Assembly (NCBI GenBank): GCA_963514005.1
Contig: OY740816.1
Span: 22,754,001-22,818,000, forward strand
Direction: 5' to 3'
DNA length: 64,000 bases
Source: Raja brachyura
Lineage: Eukaryota
In this document: in pieces, positions 49,151 through 62,410 of the stretch
How the letters are laid out: every line of letters begins with the position of its first letter
Position numbering within the stretch: the first letter of the stretch is position 1
Made by a program: the position numbers and the translations under genes
The notes under the pieces: model-generated
The model's database searches: none
Seen by the model: the letters and a program-made list of their open reading frames with translations, nothing else
Told to the model about the DNA's origin: nothing

Positions 49151-50214
49151 AGCAGATTGAAAGGGCAAACCTTTGTTTTAGCTACTGTCATGAACACACA
49201 AAACACCATAATCTGCTGTTAGCGACTATATCTGTTCATTATCCCAAGATATGTCATGGAGGGGGTAAGCTGTATTGTCCAAAATGCTCTGCAGTTTGAG
49301 GAGCTTCAAACTCATCAAAACTAAACTCCACTAAACTGAACTTTAGGATTTTGGGGCCTTTACAGTATTGCAAAGCCTTTCACCAAAGCCGCTAATGATG
49401 TTCGGTCAGACTGTGGCAAAGATTGAAACGTCTTTGTCACAGCTAACCACAATATCCTCTTCCAATGTAGACTATGCATCGAAAACTGATTGTAGTTCCC
49501 TCGGTTCCATTGTGGACAATTTAATTTTAGAAAAAAAAAACATCTGAGCAGCGAATATCTAATTGTTTGTTTCAGAAACACTGGCTATGGTCAACATGAC
49601 ACAGTACAACAGCAAGCAACAAAGAGTGAGGCCCAACGCAAATTAGAAGAACAGCACCTCATATTTTGCTTGGGCAGCTTACAGCCCTGAAGTATGAATA
49701 CTGACTTCTCTAACTTCAAGTAACCCTTGCTTTCCCTCTCTCTCTACCCCACCCCCATCCTAGTTCTCCGACCATGATTCCTTCCAGAAAGTGGCTATCC
49801 TAGTTTGACTGTCCTCCTGATTAAATTTTATACTGTATGTCTCGTTGTCACTTTCCCCTAGCTAACAGTGACCTATTTTCCATGAACTTCATCCCTTTTG
49901 ATCTTTAGTTTTCACAACTTCCCCCTCCATTTCTGATTCCCTCTCCCTTGGCTTTCTGTCTGAAGAAAGGTCTCGACCCGAAATGTCACCCATTCCTTCT
50001 ATCCAGAAATGATGCCTGTCCTGCTGGGTTACTCCAGCATTTTGTGCCTATCTGAAAAACAAAAGATAGCATGTACTATGGTGATATGGAGCTCTGCCTT
50101 GCAAAAACACTTCTGATGACTTCTCCATTGTCAAACTGTTTATTCTATATTCAACACTCGCTAAACAGAAACTTCCTTTACTTGAACACTGGGATGAATT
50201 CAAGTTCAAGTGTT

Positions 50215-51487
50215 CAAGTTCCAGTGAGTTTATTGTCATGTGTGCCTGATAGGACAATGAAATTCTTGCTTTGTTTCAGCACACAGAACATAGTAGGCAT
50301 TTCCTACAAAACAGATTAGTGTGTCCATATACCATTATATAAATATATACACACATGAATAAATAAACTGATAAAGTGCAAATAACAGATAATGGGTTAT
50401 TAATGATCAGAGTTTTGTCCGAGCCAGGTTTAATAGCCTGATGGCTGTGGGGAAGTAGCTATTCCTGAACCTAGTTGTTGCAGTCTTCAGGCTCCTGTAC
50501 CTTCTACCTGAAGGTAGCAGGGAGATGAGTGTGTGGCCAGGATGGTGTGGGTCCTTGATGATACTGCCAGCCTTTTTGAGGCAGCGACTGCGATAAATCC
50601 CCTCGATGGAAGGAAGGTCAGAGCCGATGATGGACAGGGCAGTGCTTACTACTTTTTGTAGTCTTTTCCGCTCCAGGGCACCCAAGTTGCCAAACCAAGC
50701 CACGATGCAACCGGTCAGCATGCTCTCTACCGTGCACCTGTAGAAGTTAAAGAGAGCCCTCCTTGACAAACCAACTCTCCGTAATCTTCTCAGGAAGTAG
50801 AGGCGCTGATGTGCTTTCTTGATAATTGCATTAGTGTTCTTGGACCAGGAAAGATCTTCAGAGATGTGCACGCCCAGGAATTTGAAGCTCTTGACCCTTT
50901 CAACCATCAACCCGTTGATATAAATGGGACTTTGGGTCTCCATCCTACTCCTTCCAAAGTCCACAATCAGTTCCTTGGTTTTGCTGGTGTTGAGGGCCAG
51001 GTTATTGTGCTGGCACCATATGGACAGTTGCTTGATCTCTCTTCTATTCTCTGACTCATCCCCATCAGTGATACATTCCACAACAGTGGTGTCGTCAGCG
51101 AACTTGATGATGAAGTTCGCATTGTGACTGGCTACGCAGTCATGAGTATAGAGTGAATACAGCAGGGGGATGAGCACGCTGCTTTGAGATGCTCCCGTGC
51201 TGATTGTAATCAAGGCTGACACATTTCCACCAATACGAACAGACTGTGGTCTGTGAATGAGGAAGTCGAGGATCCAGTTGCAGAGGGATGCGCAGAGACC
51301 CAGTTCTGCGTGTTTGGTAACCAGCTTGGAGGGGATGATTGTGTTAAATGCCGAGCTGTAATCGATGAATCACAGCCTGACATATGAGTTTTTGTTGTCC
51401 AAGTGGTCCAGAGCGGAGTGGAGGGCCAGTGAGATCACATCCACCGTTGATCTGTTGTGGCGGTAAGCGAACTGCAGTGAGTCCAGT
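50215..51487 (-). mobile_element. Rex1/Babar LINE, 3' portion
   Basis: ORF 50407-51222: [50 protein letters not shown]...RFRNSYFP. Confidence 0.85.
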
Positions 51488-52654
51488 GTGAATTAAAAAT
51501 CACCTCAGACTCTAATGCTGCCGCCATTTCCTGAAGTTATATAATTTGTATATAAATATGTTTTGCTGGTTTGTGATATAATAGCACAATGACGTATTGT
51601 GCACAATTTTTACATCTGTACCAAGCCAATTAATCTACAAACTGGTACTTCTTTGGACTGTGGAAGGAAACTGGAGTTCTCGGAGAAAACCCATGTAGTC
51701 ACGGGGAGAACGTACAAACTCCACACAGACACCACACGTAGTCCGGATTGAACCTGGGTCTCTGGCACTGTAGGTCAGCAACTCTAGCACTGCACCACTG
51801 TGCCCCCCACAACGCATGTTCTGAAGTTACTGGTGAATCCTGGAATTTGTTCAAAGTGTTATTTACCATTTTTACAATGATGGGTCATGGACCACATCCC
51901 AGTACACCACATCTAGCAGCCCACTGTATTCACACCCTAGGCTGTTTATACTTTTGGAGTCATAGAGTCAATACAGCATGGATCATCAAGCACCCATCTA
52001 CACACAGTGTGCCACTACACCAAAACAAATCCATTTTGCTCTCAACACAAACCCATCCACCAGGGTGGCACAATGGCGCAGCGGTAGAGTTGCTGCCTTA
52101 CAGCACCAGAGACCCAGGTTCGATCCTGACTGCGGATGATGTCTGTACGGAGTTTATACACGAAAAAGAAGAAATAACATATGTTCAAAATCTTATTTAT
52201 TTATATATTCAATTGTGATAAAGCAACATAGAATTAATTTTTTTAAAACATTGCAATATAAATTTTTGCAGCATTTTTACAGATTTTTCATTTCTATTAA
52301 GGTATGCAGTAAGGTTTTTCTAACAAATGAAAATGATTCTGTTCATGTGTACATGATACGAAGTGTGACAAAACAACACTGATAAATTTGTATGTATTGA
52401 TACAGAGTGTTGTCTGTCACACATTTAATCTGGAATTACATTTCCCATCTTCCAAATTACTCTGCCATGCAATTTATGTGTCAGAGGACGTGACTGGCTA
52501 TTTGCCAAGAGCATCAAATCACCACACATCATCTGATTTAATTAGTGCCCATAACAATTCCACATAAATAGGAACGGAAATATCAAATTCCCTCGTCCTA
52601 AATGTCAGTGAGTACTGGAGGTCAGTTGATATATTTCCTGTTTTATCTAATCTA

Positions 52655-52958
52655 GTTTAGTTTAGAGATACAGCACGAAAACAGGCCCTTTGGCCCACCG
52701 AGCCCATGCCGACCAGCGATACCTGCACACTAACACTATCCTACACTCACTGGGGACAATTTACAATTAAACCAAGCCTTGTAACCTGAAAACCTGTACA
52801 TCTTTGGAGTGTGGGTGGAAATCGGAGCACCTGGAGGAAACCCACATGGGTCACGGGGAGAACGTACAAACTCCGTTCTGACAGCACCCATAGTTAGGAT
52901 CGAACCCGGGTCTCTGGCGCTGTAAGGCAGCAACTCTACCGCTGAGCCACTGTGCCAC
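52655..52958 (-). mobile_element. V-SINE (HE1-like); further partial copies at ~28375-28487, 31870-32112, 51600-51805, 52063-52160, 63148-63297
   Basis: Reverse-complement SINE consensus. Confidence 0.78.
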
Positions 52959-53495
52959 CTTTAATGTATTTTATTACGATATAAAAGGTCATTTGCCCAT
53001 TGACTATATACCAGATCTCAGAGCAGTGCCATCTGTCTAAATTCCCCATTTATTTCCACATAACCTATTTGCTATTACACAACTATCAATGCCTCTGATT
53101 CCCTTTCCACCCTCCTGCACTCAGAGTAATTTACAGTATCCTGTTAACCTATTTACCGGAATGTGAGTGGTAACCAGGGCTCCCAGGAAGCAGTGATAGG
53201 GAGAGAATGCTAACTCCATACAGACAGCACCAGAGGACGGGATGGAACGGAGGTCGTTGGAGCTGTGAGACAAGCTTACTAACTGTTCTGTGTAGGAAGA
53301 AACTGCAGATGCTGGTTTACAGCGAAGATAGACACAAAATGCTGGAGTAACTCAGCGGGCCAGGCAGCATCTCTAGAGAGAAGGAATCGGTGACGTTTTG
53401 TGTTGAGACCCTTCTTCAGACAATGAAATTCTTGCTTGCTGCAGCACAACAGAGTATTGTAAACATAAATACAGAAAAGTTCACTGTGTCTATAT

Positions 53496-54150
53496 AGAAA
53501 CATAGAAAAATAGGTGCAGGAGTAGGCCATTCGGCCCTTCGAGCCTGCACCGCCATTCAATGTGATCATGGCTGAACATCCAACTCAGTATCCCGTACCT
53601 GCCTTCTCTCCATACCCCCTGATCCCTTTAGCCACAAGTGCCACATCTAATGCCCTCTTAAATATAGCCAATAAACTGGCCTCAACTACCTTCTGTGGCA
53701 GAGAATTCCAGAGACTCACCACTCTCTGTGTAAAGAATGTTTTCCTCATCTCGGTCCTAAAGGAATTCCCCGTTATCCTTAGACTGTGACCCCTTGTTCT
53801 GGACTCCCCCAACATCGGGAACAATCTTCCAGCATCTAGCTTGTCCAAGCCCTTAAGAATTTTGTAAGTTTCTATAAGATCCCCCCTCAATCTTCTAAAT
53901 TCCAGCGAGTACAAGCCGAGTCTATCCAATCTTTCCTCATATGAAAGTCCTGACATCCCAGGAATCAGTCTGGTGAATCTTCTCTGTACCCCCTCTATGG
54001 CAAGGATGTCTTTCCTCAGATTTGGAGACCAAAACTGTACGCAATACTCCAGGTGTGGCCTCACCAAAACCCCGTACAACTGCAGTAGAACCTCCCTGCT
54101 CCTATACTCAAATCCTTTCGCTATGAATGCTAACATACCATTTGCTTTCT
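53496..54150 (-). mobile_element. CR1 3' fragment
   Basis: ORF 53585-54136 MLAFIAKGFEYRS...WNSLP. Confidence 0.88.
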
Positions 54151-55355
54151 TATGGTCTTTGCTATATAGCAGAGCTGTGAGACAAGCTTACTAACTGTTC
54201 TGTGTAGGAAGAAACTGCAGATGCTGGTTTACAGCGAAGATAGACACAAAATGCTGGAGTAACTCAGCAGGCCAGGCAGCATCTCTAGAGAGAAGTAATC
54301 GGTGACGTTTTGTATTGAGACCCTTCTTCAGACAGTTACATTCTATTCAGACAGCTAACTGCTCTATTCCCCCCATCCCCCACCCCATCACACCTCATCT
54401 CTCCCCACCCATTTATTACTCAGGGAGCAAATGATTAGAGGCAGATAAACAGATTTGATCAGCAATAACTGAGGGCATACTTGCCCCCTATTGTTTAATA
54501 AAACTTCCAAGAATCCAGAACACTTTCCACCATGTGAACAGCAAATTAACGTTGACCATGATTCATAGGATTTCCTTGGTAGTTAAGCACATATGTGAAA
54601 ATAACTGAAGATATGTTTAGAATAAGGTATACACACTTTGACTTTGGGCTCCGATTACTCATTTCCTTCAGTCAGGGCAATGGGAACAATCTGACAATCT
54701 GGAATAATGTCCATGTCGTGTTTTGTGGAAAAGCTGTAATCCATAAGGTCATAAAGTCATTCTGTCCCACACAAAAAAATTTGCCCACATCATAGACATT
54801 CCCTGACAATCTATTTATTTTCTCATTGTCTCTCTAGCAACAGAAATTAACTTAAGTCAAGTCAAGAGTCAAGTCAAAGGAGTTTATTGTCATGTGTCCC
54901 AGATAGGATAGATAGATGTACCAGATTTCAGGCTTCTGTAACTTCTACCTGATGGCAGGTAGGTACTGCTTCTTTTCATTTTCCTTCCCTCCCTCGGATT
55001 TGTCAGTGTTTTCCCCACATCCAACGATGTCAGAATATCGGGAAGAGCAAAGCGTTGGAAAAGGTGCAGAGGAGGTTTATAAGAATGATGCCTGGATTCG
55101 GGGGCATTATTCCAGACTCACAATGTGAGTCTGGAATAATGTCGTGTTTTGTGGAAAATCCTGTTTGGAACAGCTGTAATCGTCCCGTCCTACACAAATT
55201 ATTGGTGATTTAATAGAATAATTAATAGCTAATAATCCAAATTCTCTATCTTTATTGTCTGTAACCCTGTGCCCTGATCACGATGCTGCTCCACTCCACA
55301 TTCTCTCAGTTCACCACCTCTTTTCATTTTCCCCACATCATAGACATTCCCTGAC

Positions 55356-58300
55356 AATAGTAAGATTAAACGAGAACTTACCTGTTCGAAGTTTGATCTT
55401 TATTTTATGAGGAGTTACGATGAGGGATTATGTGAAGAAGCCCCGCCTGGCGCTTGACCGGCATACTTCAAAGCAGCGGCATGAAAATCACAGAACCAAT
55501 AGCCGAAGTAAGATAGTAAGGCTCAACATAGACTAGAACTACCAGATGATCATTTATATTATGAGGGCTGGGAGCGGAGGGCAAGTAATCCCTCATCGTA
55601 ACTCCTCATAAAATAAAGATCAAACTTCGAACAGGTAAGTTCTCGTTTAATCTTACTATTTTACTTCGGAGTCACGTGAGTGACTACGTGAAGATTTTAA
55701 AGCTCTGTGTTTTTTATGTCGTAGATTCATTCCATACAACACTCTGTTTAGTCAATACAGTAGTGAGTAAATAATATTTTTAAAAACATTGTTTCAATTT
55801 ATGTAATGTCTTTTAATCATAAAAAGAACATTTTTTTAATAATAACCCCTCTATCCCAGGGGAAAAAGTTTACAACAAAAGTGATAATGATATCAAATGA
55901 TAACATAAATCGATAATATAAATCGATAATATAAAACAAAGCAAGCATTTAAAGCGAACCCAACACTGCGTGTCCAAATCCTGGCACCGTGACAACTGGT
56001 TTATCGTAGAACTTTGGAAAAGTTTCTTCTTTACACCACCCTGCGGCCTCTAAAATTTGATCGAGTGGTACGTCCTGTACCTTTGCCGCGGACACAGCTG
56101 CAGCCCTAGTGGAGTGAAAATTAAACACATCAGTGTCCACTCCTGCTAAATCCAAAACCTGTTCTAACCATCTAGAAATGGTTTGAACTGCAACTTTTGT
56201 ATGTGGTTTTTTGTGCGTTATCAGTAACGCTGTCTCAGCACCTCGGAGATTTTTGGTTACTTCAATATATTTAGTTAAATGCTTAACTACACACAATGTT
56301 TCATCGACAGGATATGTTTTAAACATTACCTGGGTTCCAGTTTTTCCTGGTCTGCTTTGTTTGATCAGATCATAAACATAAAACACAATGTTACCTGAAG
56401 CCACATGCATGCAATCTAACCGTAACAATTGCAAAGTTTGTATTCTTTGAGCTGACACTAACGCCATTACATTACTACCTTGAATGTTAACCTTTGCAAA
56501 GACATTGAAGTAATTGGAGTCCATTGCCTAAGCAAAGTTAGAACAATGCTAACATCCCAAATTTGTGTATCACTGGGCTTGGGAGGATTTTTATTAAAAA
56601 TTCCTTTCATGAACCGGGATATTAATGGGTGAAACCCAATTGAATCTCGATCAGAAATTTGTCCTAAATAGGACGACAAAGCACTACGAGCACTATAACT
56701 TAAGTGCTCATCAAAATGCAACCCAACAAGGAACTCCAATACATTTGATATGTTCACAGTATGATAAGATATCTTTGACTGTCTACCGAAGACTTCCCAT
56801 TTCTTTATATGCGACATATATTGTTTTTTAGTGCTATTTCTCCAAGCTGCAGCTATAACATCCATGGTCTTATCCAACAGTCCAAGCTCTTGCAATGGTC
56901 TGGTCAGAACCTGCAGATTAACAAATTCATATGATCATGCAATGGATGAATTTCTTTTGTTACTGGTTGTATCAACAATCGTTGCAACTAGGAATCGTCA
57001 TACATGGTTCAATAATCATTTTAAGCATCAACGGGAACCATGACTGTGTAGGCCAATTTGGCCCCACCAAAATGCCCTTGGCAGCGTCTTGCACTATTTT
57101 CTTGAGACATTGCCCAATCAGACAGAATGGGGGAAAGGCACAAAAGAACATATTCCCCCAGTGTAGCGAGAAAGCATCCACCGCTACTGCCCCTGGATCG
57201 TGTTCCCAAGACACATATTTGGGCAATTGGTGATTTAATCTAGATGCAAACAGATCAATGTCCGGTACTCCAACCGACTGACAATATTTTTGAAAATTTG
57301 TGGATTTAACATCCATTCTGTACTGTCTTTAAATTTTCGTGATCTTTTGTCTGCCACTATATTGTCTCTCCCTGGGAGATAAATAGCTGAAAACCGAATA
57401 TTCTTACCAATACACCAATGCCACACCTGGTTAACCAGATGATCACATGATAATGATCTTACTCCACCCATGTGATTGATATATATGCCACAGCTGTGGT
57501 ATTGTTTACTTGTAATTGGACATGCAAATCCTTCATAGTAGAACAATAAACTTTTAATCCATAAAATGCTCCCAGTAACTCCAAATAATTTATACCATAT
57601 GTTTGGAGAAATATATCCTCTTGGACAGTCCATCTGCCCCCACAGCTGGAATCATTATCCGTAGCACCCCATCCGAGAGAACTTGCATCAGTTTGCAAAA
57701 TCACTGCTGGCTGCTGAACCAAAATGTTTTTAACAGCTTGTGGAACATTCTCAATCCACCAATGCAATTCTAATAAAGCTTCCTTTGGCAATTGCTTGGG
57801 CCTATCAAAATGGCCTGCTTGCTGCATAAGTGCTTGTGTTTTTGCCCTTTGGAGATTTTGGTAATGCAGTGGACCAAATTCTACTGCAGGGAATGCTGCT
57901 ACTAACTTAACAATAACCTTAGCAACTTCTCGGATGGAGGGATAAGGTTTGTCAATAAGGCACCGACATACATTTGTAATATCAACAATCTTGTCTATTG
58001 GTAAAGTTACTAACATGGTAACTGAATTAATCACAAACCCCAAATATTCAATAATTTGGGATAGCTGTAACTTAGATTTTGTTGGATGAATCAGGAAACC
58101 TACCCTTTCAAACAGGCTTGATTTTTCAGCTGATTCCTGATTAGCATTGACAATTAAAATGTCATCTAGATAAGCAATAACGATGTGTTTTTGTGCCCTT
58201 AGCAGTGCAAGTGCTGGTTTCAGCAATTAGTGAACAACCTAGGAGCTGAGCTTAATCCATTAGGTAATGCTTTGTATTACCACAGCTGTCCCATCCAATT

Positions 58301-60196
58301 AAATTTCAATACCTGCGAAAGTGACGATGAATTGGTACTGAATAATATGCATCCTTCAAATCTATTGTAGCCATGTCACAATCTGTTGATACCAGCTGCA
58401 TTGCAGTGTTGAAGGTGTCCATTTTAAAATGTTTATACTGGACAAATGTATTAAAATGTGTGAGGTCTAAAATGATTCTACAACCCCCATCTTTCTTTGG
58501 TCTGGGGAAAATATTTGATACAAATTGTTGTGGATCCTCACTTGATTTCTCGATAACTCCTTTTTTACACCAATTCTTAACTTCTTTATCAATTTGAATT
58601 TTTTCAAATACAGAAAACACCAAATACGATTAGGCTTATTCTGTCCCGGTGGATCAATACCTTCTACAAAATCAATGGTAGATCCTAAGACAGTACTTAA
58701 TATAACACGGTCAGATGTTATACAGTCCCATTTATCATAAAACATTTGTAGACTACCACCAATCATAGGTTCATCCAAAGATTCTTCTGTAATAGGATAA
58801 AGTTTTTGTACCTCTCCAACCGGACGTGGTGGTCTCCTTCTCCCAACATATGGGTAACATTCGGCTGTGCTGGTTGGTAATATTTCCTTACCATACTCCT
58901 GCCTCGGCTTGTTCCAGCTCCAAATCAAAATCCCCTTCTCATTTGACCGGCCCTTCTTTGGCCAAAATGAAGGGTTTCATGAGGTCAATAGTCTTTGCCT
59001 CTTTATCAATCTCTTTATTTATTTAAACAGATTTTCTCCGAACAAATAACCAGGAGCTTGAACATTGCTTGATCTGCACAAACCTGCAAATCTTGGATGT
59101 AAAATAGGCCGAATGGCAGTCTTCCTCATACAATTAATCTCAAATATTGAGTTGCAGAACAATGCCAACATATCCTTCTGAACTTTGGTCATTCCACAAT
59201 CTTCCACTTGCCTTCCAAAAGCAGTGATTCCAGCCGAAATCATATTTCCTGCACCCGCATCATTGATGACATTGGCGCCAAATAGCCGAATTTACCGTAG
59301 GTACCTTCAGTGAGGTATAATAATTCTGCTGTATCAACCATAACAGCTTCTTGAAGCTGGTGAGAGACCAAATAATTTATGTTGGCCGCCAGGTTTTCTT
59401 CCATGGCCTCACCGCCTCCTCCAGGTATAGAAACTTTGTGCCACATCAGACACACCTGGAGCAATATTTTTGTATTGTGGTGGGTACTCATGACCGAACT
59501 CACCACCTTCAGGATCAGTCTCACGCAGCCCTGGTACTCCTGAGACTTTGCTCAAGGACTTTCTCCAGCCCAATCCCGGGCTCTGGAGTTTCAAATTCCC
59601 AATTCAAACTGGCACCATATTCATGATATGGAACCCCCTCAGGGGCTGCCTGGGAATATTCTGGGTTTTTTAGACCCTTGGTTGATTTTTGTCTAGATCA
59701 TTTTCCATTTGATCCATTCTAAGCCATAAGGCTTTTCTATCTGGAGGACTTTCATTATCAGATTCATCAGAAACCACGGGCCTCTCAGATTTTCTTTTAC
59801 GTTTTTTAGGCACTGGATTTGCCTCCGTGGCTTCTGCTTGTGGAGCAACCAAAGGCTCACTAACGGGTATTTCAACGGCCACCGGTATCGGAACTGGCTC
59901 CGCAATAATCGGCTGTCCCGACTCTTCTCCTCCCCGGGACGCACGTTTTACCCGCGATTTTTTAGGAGCTTTCTCAATTTTTATTTTTAAACACTTCCTG
60001 GTCTTTTCCCACCAGCCCCACGGAGTTTGAAATGCCCTGGAAGTAAAAATAATTTACTTACCTGCGGGCCTGTTCCTTACCGCTGGTGGAGCTGCGCTCT
60101 GCTAGCTCTTCTCCTACCAACAGCGTCGACGTAATGCCGATCAAGCGCCAGGCGGGGTTTCTTCACGTAGACACTCACGTGACTCCGAAGTAAAAT
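55356..60196 (-). mobile_element. DIRS1-type retrotransposon, copy 2 (full-length, ORFs frameshifted)
   Basis: Same terminal/ICR sequence as copy 1, with a perfect 75-bp IR at 55356-55430/55586-55660. Broken Gag (~58960-59950), RT/RH/MT (~56905-58830: IDLKDAY, YLDD, TDAS, IDLFASRLN, AFPPF) and YR (55949-56910: SAQR, HSTR, FY). Confidence 0.93.
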
Positions 60197-60480
60197 CTAT
60201 TATTTTCTCATTGTCTCTCTAGTAACGGAAATTAATTTACTGCTTCTTTTCATTTTCCTTCCCTCCCTTCGATTTGTCAGACTGTTTCCCCGACATCCAA
60301 CGATGTCAGAATATCGGGAGGAGCAAAGCGTTGGAAAAGGTGTAGAGGAGGTTTATCGGAATGATGCCTGGATTCGGGGGCATTAGCTACAGGATGAGGT
60401 TGGGCAGGCTTGGATTGATTTCTCTGGAATACCGGGAGACCTGATATGAGTATGAGAAGAATAGAGGGGATAGACAATCA

Positions 60481-61954
60481 GAAACCGCAGAACCAACCAA
60501 TCCCCGTCTACAGATACTCTCCTCCGGCTAGCGGAGCTGGTCCTTACCTGTAACAACTTTTCATTTGACTCCTCCCATTTCCTCCAAATACAAGGCAGAG
60601 CTATGGGCACGTGCATAGGCCCCAGCTACACCTGCCTCTTTCTAGGCTACGTTGAACAATCTTTGTTCGAGGCGTACCAGGGCCCCATCCCCAAACTCTA
60701 TTTCTGCTACATCGAGGACTGCATTGGTACTACCTCCTGCACCCACACACAACCCACTGACTTAATCCGTTTCACCACCAACTTCCATCCAGCACTCAAA
60801 TACACCTGGACCATTTCCGACATTTCCCGACCATTTCTAGACCTCACTATCTCCATCGCAGGTGATAGACTACTGACAGACATCCACTATAAACCCACTG
60901 ATTCCCATGGCTATCTAGACTACTCTTCTTCCCACCCTGCTTCCTGTAAGGACTCCATCCCCTACTCCCAATTCCTCCGTCTACATCGCATCTGCTCCCA
61001 GGATGAGGTGTTCCACACCAGGCCATCGGAGAGCAGGGTTTTTTTCAGGGAACAGGGGTTCCCATCTTCTACTATAGATGAGGCTCTCACCAGGGTCTCT
61101 TCTATACCCCGTAACTCTGCTCTCACTCCCCATCTCCCCACTCATAACAAGGGCAGAGTCCCCCTTGTTCTCACCTTCCACCCTACCAGCCGTCACGTAC
61201 AACAAATAATCCTCCGACATTTTCGCCACCTCCAATGGGATCCCACCACCAGCCATATCTTCCCATCTCCTCCCCTGTCTGCTTTCCGCAGAGTCCGCTC
61301 CCTCCGTAACTCCCTGGTCAATTTGTCCTTTCCTCCCAAACCACCCCCTCTCCGGGCACTTTCCCTTGTAACCACAGGAAATGCTACACTTGTCGCTTTA
61401 CCTCCCCTCTTGACTCCATTCAAGGCCCCAAGCAGTCGATCCAGGTGCGGCAGAGGTTCACCTGCATCTCCTCCAACCTCATCCACTGCAGCCACTGCTC
61501 TAGGTGTCAGCTGATCTACATCGGTGAGACCAAGCGTGGGCTTGGCGATCGCTTCGCCCAACACTTCCGCTCGGTTTGCATTAACCTACCTGATCTCCCG
61601 GTGGCTCAGCATTTCAACTCCCCCTCCCATTCCGAATCCGACCTTTCTGTCCTGGGCCTCCTCCATGACCAGAATGAGGACCACCGTAAATTGGAGGAGC
61701 AGCACCTCATATTTCACATGGGCAGTTTGCACCCTAGCGGTATGAACATTGACCTCTCTAATTTCAGGTAGTCCCAGCTTTCTCCTCCCTTTCTCAGTTT
61801 TCCATCAGCCCACTGGCTCCACCTCTTCCTTTCTTCTTCTCGCCCCCCCACCTCGCATCAGTCTGAAGAAGGTCCTCGACCCTAAACGTTACCTATTTCC
61901 TTTGCTCCATAGATGCTGCCTCACCCGCTGAGTATCTCCAGCATTTTTGTCTAC
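60481..61954 (+). mobile_element. Penelope-like element (Neptune-type), 5'-truncated
   Basis: RT motifs AMGT..GPSY, YIED (degenerate YIDD), PFLDL, HYKPTD, SHP...IPYSQ. Cys-rich linker CNHRKCYTC. GIY-YIG 'LIYIGETKR...RFAQH'. The 3' pLTR carries a hammerhead-like motif at 61860-61893. Confidence 0.9.
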
Positions 61955-62410
61955 CAGGAATGAGGAGGTTAACCTATTATGAGCGTTTGTCGGCACTGGG
62001 CCTGTACTCGCTGGAGTTTAGAAGTATGAGGGGTGGACCTCATTGAAACATATAAAATAGTGAAAGGCTTGAATGGAGTGGATGTGGAGAGAATGTTTCC
62101 ATTAGTTAGAGAGTCTAGAACGAGAGATCATTGCCACGGAATTAAAGGACATTCTTTTAGGAAGGAGATGAGGAGGAATTTCTTTAACCAGAGGGTGGTG
62201 AATCTGTGGAATTATTTGCCACAGAAGGCTGTAGAGGCCAAGTCAGTGGATATTTTAAGGCAGAAATAGATAGATTCTTGATTAGTACAGGTGTCAGAGG
62301 TTATGGGGAGAAGGCAGGAGAATGGGGTTAGATCAACCATGATTGAATGGTGCAGACTTGATGGGCCGAATGGCCTAATTCTACTCCAATTCCTTGTGAC
62401 TTTATGTTTG
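61955..62410 (+). mobile_element. CR1 3' fragment (paralog of 3623-4079)
   Basis: DLIETYKIVKGL...NQRVVNLWN. Confidence 0.8.
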
